64,000 bases of DNA, from the IMG/VR virus record IMGVR_UViG_3300017987_005500. One strand, written 5' to 3'. How positions within the stretch are numbered: the stretch's first letter is position 1; each line of letters starts with the position of its first letter. This stretch comes from a virus. Taxonomy: Duplodnaviria; Heunggongvirae; Uroviricota; Caudoviricetes. Below are positions 59,389-64,000 of this stretch, piece by piece. The notes under the pieces are model-generated. The model saw nothing but the letters and a program-made list of their open reading frames with translations, did no database searches and was not told the DNA's origin. A program made the translations under genes and the position numbers.

Positions 59389-59620
59389 TATTCTCCCCAG
59401 TTATATCTTCAATAAATTTAACTTCGGTCACTTCAATAGTTCCTCGTAAGGATTCTCTGGTAGGGACGTCATCATCCTCTACATAAAATCTTTCAAGTTT
59501 GATAATTGGTTTGAAAATATCATCTTCTTTTCTTATAAATCCTGTATATTTGACATCAGTCGGACCAATTCCACAACAAGGTTTTATCATTCCTCTTGTT
59601 GCAAGAGCTAAAGCTGACAT
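59366..59620 (-). CDS. Hypothetical protein
   Basis: 84-aa ORF in the operon. Confidence 0.55.
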   Translation of the reverse strand: MSALALATRGMIKPCCGIGPTDVKYTGFIRKEDDIFKPIIKLERFYVEDDDVPTRESLRGTIEVTEVKFIEDITGENNENKEKN

Positions 59621-59628
59621 ATATTCAC

Positions 59629-60156
59629 CTATACCTTCTCTACTTTATAAGAAATCATTCGACAACTATCTGAATCATAGTCTGCTGTAACATTGTAAGT
59701 GGCAATTATTCCCTGATTGCCTCCGACAGGATAACCATCATCATATATTTTAATTTTGCTCGAAAGCATATTATTGTTATCGTCGTATACTGTATCGCTA
59801 ATATTAAAGTTCTCTTGAACAAGACCAAGGATTCTCTTAATAAGAATAACCATTGAATCAAAGTCTTGAGAGAATACTTGAATAGTTCCCGTCTTTCCCC
59901 AAGGAAAATATACAGGATGATAAACAGCAAGCATCCATACTCCAATAACATTTGGAGTAAATGTACTTCTATAATGACCAAAACCTAACTCGGTTATTGT
60001 AACAGGAACTGTGGAAGTTACTTCATCGCCATTTTCATTGAAGATATGATATGTGAAAGCAGTGCTGTCTATTCCGGGAACTAGTGTGTCATTGACATCT
60101 GTGACTGAAAAATCATCGTGAATAGGTTCCGAAAGTTTTCCTAATATCATCATCAA
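59629..60156 (-). CDS. Hypothetical (probably virion) protein
   Basis: VTITELGFGHYRSTFTP Ig-like segment; late motif at 60190-60197. Confidence 0.6.
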   Translation of the reverse strand: MMMILGKLSEPIHDDFSVTDVNDTLVPGIDSTAFTYHIFNENGDEVTSTVPVTITELGFGHYRSTFTPNVIGVWMLAVYHPVYFPWGKTGTIQVFSQDFDSMVILIKRILGLVQENFNISDTVYDDNNNMLSSKIKIYDDGYPVGGNQGIIATYNVTADYDSDSCRMISYKVEKV

Positions 60157-60202
60157 TTTCCTTTAACGATTACGTATTGTCATTTATAATTTGTTCTTTA
60201 TA

Positions 60203-60793
60203 TTAAATAGAACCTTCTCTGCGTCCAGGAATTATGATTTCTAAATCAGGATCTTTAGGAAACTTATCAGGCATTATCATTTTATCTTTAGGATAATTTA
60301 ATTTATGAATATGAGCAACAAATTCAGTACAATAAAAATTAGTATTTCCTGATTTAAAGTCATAGTCATATCTTATTTTATAATTTGGATCATTATTAGA
60401 TTTGTCTAATAAAAATCTTGCTTCTTTAATTGCTGCCTGAACAGACTCGGTTCCTTTTTTAGATCTCAATAAAGCTACATCATCACATCTTAAAAATGTA
60501 AGTATGTCTTCTTCAACAATTCCTTCTCCAAGCATATGAATTACATTATTAGGTCCTTCGTAATGAGCAGCATGTGTCCAATATCCTGGAATAAAATAAG
60601 ACCCAATGTAATGACCGTACATTCTTATTAAAATATCACCTGGCTGAATTTCATTAAGGATCTTTCTCATTAAAGGACCCTTGACTTTATAACTTGCCTC
60701 CCCAAACAATATAAAGCCAGGAAATGGATACAACTTAGTATTTGCAACAAAATCAACTAAAGTCTTTTTCAATTTATATATAGAATCGCTCAT
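60203..60793 (-). CDS. Permuted papain-like NlpC/P60 (YaeF/YiiX) enzyme
   Basis: IQPGDIL, YWTHAAHY, YDYDF...FYCTEFV (His before Cys). Confidence 0.85.
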   Translation of the reverse strand: MSDSIYKLKKTLVDFVANTKLYPFPGFILFGEASYKVKGPLMRKILNEIQPGDILIRMYGHYIGSYFIPGYWTHAAHYEGPNNVIHMLGEGIVEEDILTFLRCDDVALLRSKKGTESVQAAIKEARFLLDKSNNDPNYKIRYDYDFKSGNTNFYCTEFVAHIHKLNYPKDKMIMPDKFPKDPDLEIIIPGRREGSI

Positions 60794-60804
60794 TATGATT
60801 CTCC

Positions 60805-61680
60805 TTAGACGAATAAGAAATTTTTATCAAAGAATATATCTTTGCATTCTAATTGAGGATTTTGATCGAAACCTCTTCGATGTAAATTTTTATTAACTGC
60901 TTTAACCACACTTCTAAATTTCATTTTGTAATCATTTTTTTGAAGCATTTTAACAAGAGTGTAAGTTAAAGCTCCTTGATATCTTCCCCCAATCCACGCG
61001 TCAGCACTTGTTTGGTTTTCCTGACAACCTGAGATAAGAATGGCATTACCTTGTTTTATTGTATTGGTGAGAAATGAATTTCTTACAGTTTGTAAATCCT
61101 TTGGATTCGTCTTTGGCATTAAAAAACCAAGATGATCGTCTATGGATATCTTTGGATTTGAAAGTATATTTGATGGGGGAGGTGGACAAAATCTATTCAC
61201 CCAGTCATGTTGTTCAGACTCATACTCTGAAATATAACGAGGTGAATTCCTTAACCCAGATCCTGAATGACAGCAGTCTAATACAACAACTGCATTTACT
61301 CCAACAGGAACTGACCTGAAAATTCTATTTAAATCATTATCTCTCAATGGATCATCCCAGCTAAGATCAACAGGACAAAGTATTTCATCAAGACCATCTG
61401 CCTCAGTTGTATTTGACCAATCATTTACAACTACTTGAGATCCATGTCCACTGTAATGAAAATAAATAGTATCTCCAACTTTAACATTGGATGTTAATAA
61501 TTTGAGATTGCGTAGGATATTTTCTTTTGTGCACTCATGATCAGTAATAAGATTAATATTCTTTGTATCAAATCCAAACTTTTCAGAAAGGACTTTATAC
61601 ATCAAAACACAATCATTTACACAACCTCTCAGAGGAGTATCCGAATACTTATTAATTCCAACCAATAGAGCTTTTTTCAT
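60805..61680 (-). CDS. Metacaspase (peptidase C14)
   Basis: KKALLVGINKY, LRGCVND, HYSGHG, DCCHSG, SGCQENQTSAD, GALT. Confidence 0.93.
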   Translation of the reverse strand: MKKALLVGINKYSDTPLRGCVNDCVLMYKVLSEKFGFDTKNINLITDHECTKENILRNLKLLTSNVKVGDTIYFHYSGHGSQVVVNDWSNTTEADGLDEILCPVDLSWDDPLRDNDLNRIFRSVPVGVNAVVVLDCCHSGSGLRNSPRYISEYESEQHDWVNRFCPPPPSNILSNPKISIDDHLGFLMPKTNPKDLQTVRNSFLTNTIKQGNAILISGCQENQTSADAWIGGRYQGALTYTLVKMLQKNDYKMKFRSVVKAVNKNLHRRGFDQNPQLECKDIFFDKNFLFV

Positions 61681-61744
61681 ATAAAATATAATGTCCAGTC
61701 AACAAACTATTCTCAAGTATGTGAACTGGACATTTCCTTATATA

Positions 61745-61987
61745 TTAAGTCATTGCTTTATAAGCATCATACTCCGCCTGAGTGTATGTTCTGCCCATTG
61801 TATTTACAAAGGTTTCGGCATATCCTGTTTGAGGATCTGAAACTCTAACAACCTCAGGACCTGTTGCGTCAGCTTCTCTAAGAATAGTTCTTTTCATCTG
61901 ACCAGTTCCTTGACAATGTGCTCCAACACCAGGTGCTTCATTATTTATATTTGGACCAGTGGTTCTTTTTTCTCCTTCAAGTGACAT
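61745..61987 (-). CDS. Small protein, paralog family 2
   Basis: GVGAHCQGTGQ...PEV...TQAEYDAYKAM. Confidence 0.7.
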   Translation of the reverse strand: MSLEGEKRTTGPNINNEAPGVGAHCQGTGQMKRTILREADATGPEVVRVSDPQTGYAETFVNTMGRTYTQAEYDAYKAMT

Positions 61988-62026
61988 AATTATCTCCTTA
62001 ATTTTAAATTTTTAAAACATGCCTCT

Positions 62027-62311
62027 TTAAACAAGAGGTTGATACCAAGGATCCTGAGCTGGAATTGTTTTCATTGCAAGATATGCATCAATTTCAGCTT
62101 GAGTTAATACAAGGTCTCTTGCATCAATATCAGTATATTGATATTCTCCTGTATTAGGATCCTGAACGATAAATACTTCTGGTTGATTAATTGATTGATC
62201 ATATTTCAAAATAACTGTTTTCTTTAATTGACCAATACCTGTGCAATGATTTCCAACCGCTTGTCCGCCATTGTTGATCTTTGAATTTGTAAATAATTGT
62301 TTATCTGCCAT
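62027..62311 (-). CDS. Small protein, paralog family 2
   Basis: AVGNHCTGIGQ...PEV...TQAEIDAYLAM. Confidence 0.7.
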   Translation of the reverse strand: MADKQLFTNSKINNGGQAVGNHCTGIGQLKKTVILKYDQSINQPEVFIVQDPNTGEYQYTDIDARDLVLTQAEIDAYLAMKTIPAQDPWYQPLV

Positions 62312-62338
62312 TTTAATATTCTCCTTTAAAAATGGTTA

Positions 62339-62572
62339 TTACATTGCCATATAGGCATCCCATTCAGCTTGTGAAATTACAAGGTTGTGTGGGTTGATTT
62401 GGTTTGATACAACTCCACAATATTTGCATCTAAATTTCTTAACTTCAGGTTTGTTATTCGCTGCGTCATATTCAACAAGAATTTCGCCATTAACAAGTCC
62501 TAAATTGTCACAGTGCATACAAGAAGTTGAAACGCCTTTACTGTGTCCTGAATCACATCTATTTGTACTCAT
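62339..62572 (-). CDS. Small protein, paralog family 2 (keeps CxxC pairs)
   Basis: CMHC...PEV..RCKYC...SQAEWDAYMAM; start MSTNR after ggagg. Confidence 0.7.
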   Translation of the reverse strand: MSTNRCDSGHSKGVSTSCMHCDNLGLVNGEILVEYDAANNKPEVKKFRCKYCGVVSNQINPHNLVISQAEWDAYMAM

Positions 62573-62790
62573 GATATTTCCTCCATGGTTTATTGTTGTG
62601 TGCAAAGGTATTTATATTTTGTTCTTCTTAATTGATAAAGAAAAGGTTTTTATTTTAAGAAGTATGTTCTAAATATATTAATTAGTGATAATTGATCAGT
62701 TGGATCAATTTTTTACTTATTTGTCTTCCTCATTGAAGACGTTTATTAATTTTATTGCTCAACTTATTTTTGAGCGAAAGCGAGAGACTT

Positions 62791-63285
62791 ATGAAAAAGT
62801 TAGCTTCACGTAAAGTAATTCCGGATCCTGTTATTAATGCTTTATTACATGGCAGAAGGATGTGGGGTTGGGGTGCTCGATATGGCAGCGCCTGGATGGT
62901 TGATGAATTTCTTAAACAAGGTTATGCTTGTGTAGGATTTAATTTGACCGAAGTTCCTGAAATTGCAAATGCAATGATGGAAGTTAGAATGGGTGATATT
63001 ATATACCTAAAGGCATTTGGTCCGTCATCAACTTCAATTTGTGTTATGGCAGTAGGTTATGTAACAAATAACCTTAAATATGAAGATGACGATCTTGGAG
63101 TTGGAGTCCGTGTAAATTGGATTTTTGATGATGAGATTTATATTCCAAGCTCTATGGGTTTTGATAAATACAGGAATAATCGCCTGGGAACTATTTATCA
63201 AGAATTCTGCCCAAAAATTCAGAGATATATCCTGGATGTAATGTTGAATCCAAATAGATATATGCCTAAAAAGAAAGTAGCATAA
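62791..63285 (+). CDS. Hypothetical protein, possibly PUA/EVE-like (McrB N-terminal type) DNA-binding domain
   Basis: GYACVGF...VRMGDIIYLK...VMAVGYV...VRVNW; early-like motif atatattaat at 62673. Confidence 0.5.
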   Translation: MKKLASRKVIPDPVINALLHGRRMWGWGARYGSAWMVDEFLKQGYACVGFNLTEVPEIANAMMEVRMGDIIYLKAFGPSSTSICVMAVGYVTNNLKYEDDDLGVGVRVNWIFDDEIYIPSSMGFDKYRNNRLGTIYQEFCPKIQRYILDVMLNPNRYMPKKKVA

Positions 63286-63370
63286 TGTAATTAGATTGGG
63301 GAGAGCTAATGGGGGTGCCGGAGTCTAACTTAAGACTCCGGCGATCACACATGGTGGGATTACGGAGGGA

Positions 63371-64000
63371 TTATATTTTGATTTTTTTGATGACTTTATA
63401 TCCATTAAAAAATTTATTTTTAAGAGATTGGTAATGAAGACTTGAAGCTTTAATATTATTTTCTTTACACCACACAGAAAAAACTTTTGTTTTATGTATA
63501 TCACCGTTTTCATCAAGTATATGAAATATAGTCCTACTCATTTTTTCAAGTTGTTCTTTAGTATGACATTTTCCATAAAAACTATTATTTTTTCCTAATT
63601 GATTTTGCTTCATCAATTTTTTTGTATGTGTTGTTCTTTTTTGTCCTCTTACTCCATCTCCAATCTTTTTCTTGTGTTCTTCTGATATATTTTTTGGACC
63701 TTTTCCTTTTCTAGATTTGCTAATATTCAATTTGTGATCTTTAGTTAATTTCTTTCCTGTATGAAGATTCTTTATTCTATTTGAAAATTCTTTTTTATAT
63801 TCGTCTGATACATTTTTCCAAAATATCTTTGCATTTTTACTCATTCTTTCTATCTGATCTGGAGATCTCTTATATCCATGAGTTCCTTCTCCACCAAGAG
63901 TTAAGTTATAACCATTTGGAGATAAAGAATTATATTGTTTAATATAATGAAATTCCATTTCATCTAATTCTTCTTTACTATCACATTCACATAATATTTT
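63371..64000 (-). CDS. GIY-YIG/NUMOD3 homing endonuclease, 5' part beyond the window
   Basis: E.HYIKQYNS..PNGYNLTLGGEG and several NUMOD3 repeats (NSFYGKCHTKE); frame continues to the edge. Confidence 0.8.
   Translation of the reverse strand, partial: KILCECDSKEELDEMEFHYIKQYNSLSPNGYNLTLGGEGTHGYKRSPDQIERMSKNAKIFWKNVSDEYKKEFSNRIKNLHTGKKLTKDHKLNISKSRKGKGPKNISEEHKKKIGDGVRGQKRTTHTKKLMKQNQLGKNNSFYGKCHTKEQLEKMSRTIFHILDENGDIHKTKVFSVWCKENNIKASSLHYQSLKNKFFNGYKVIKKIKI

Overview
AT-rich (roughly 30% GC by eye) segment of a large myovirus-type (jumbo) bacteriophage genome, standard genetic code, with AGGAG-type RBSs. Left arm (+): a ubiquitin-like conjugation cassette (JAB protease, E1/ThiF, Rho-N-Ubl fusion, second ThiF, HPN-type E2), compact unsplit beta-prime and beta RNA polymerase subunits, FolE2, a mini family-B polymerase domain, a methyltransferase and a DUF932 protein. 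Middle: terminase, tape measure, baseplate, tube and sheath genes. Right: more baseplate genes, an HD hydrolase, a holin next to a PAS-GAF-MshEN sensor, homing endonucleases, HldE kinase, a permuted NlpC/P60 enzyme and a metacaspase. The stand-out feature is at 42.9-47.5 kb: a stand-alone Cas7/Csm3-like RAMP gene with no other cas gene and no CRISPR array. It is followed by a small ORF and about 3.3 kb of ORF-free DNA built from 5-nt-periodic units (near-constant xAT/xGT triad plus a variable dinucleotide). These are grouped into ~9-13-pentamer blocks separated mostly by a CA dinucleotide and bounded by hairpins, a candidate RAMP-bound guide-RNA array with a non-contiguous code. All assignments come from motif reading by eye; no database search was run.
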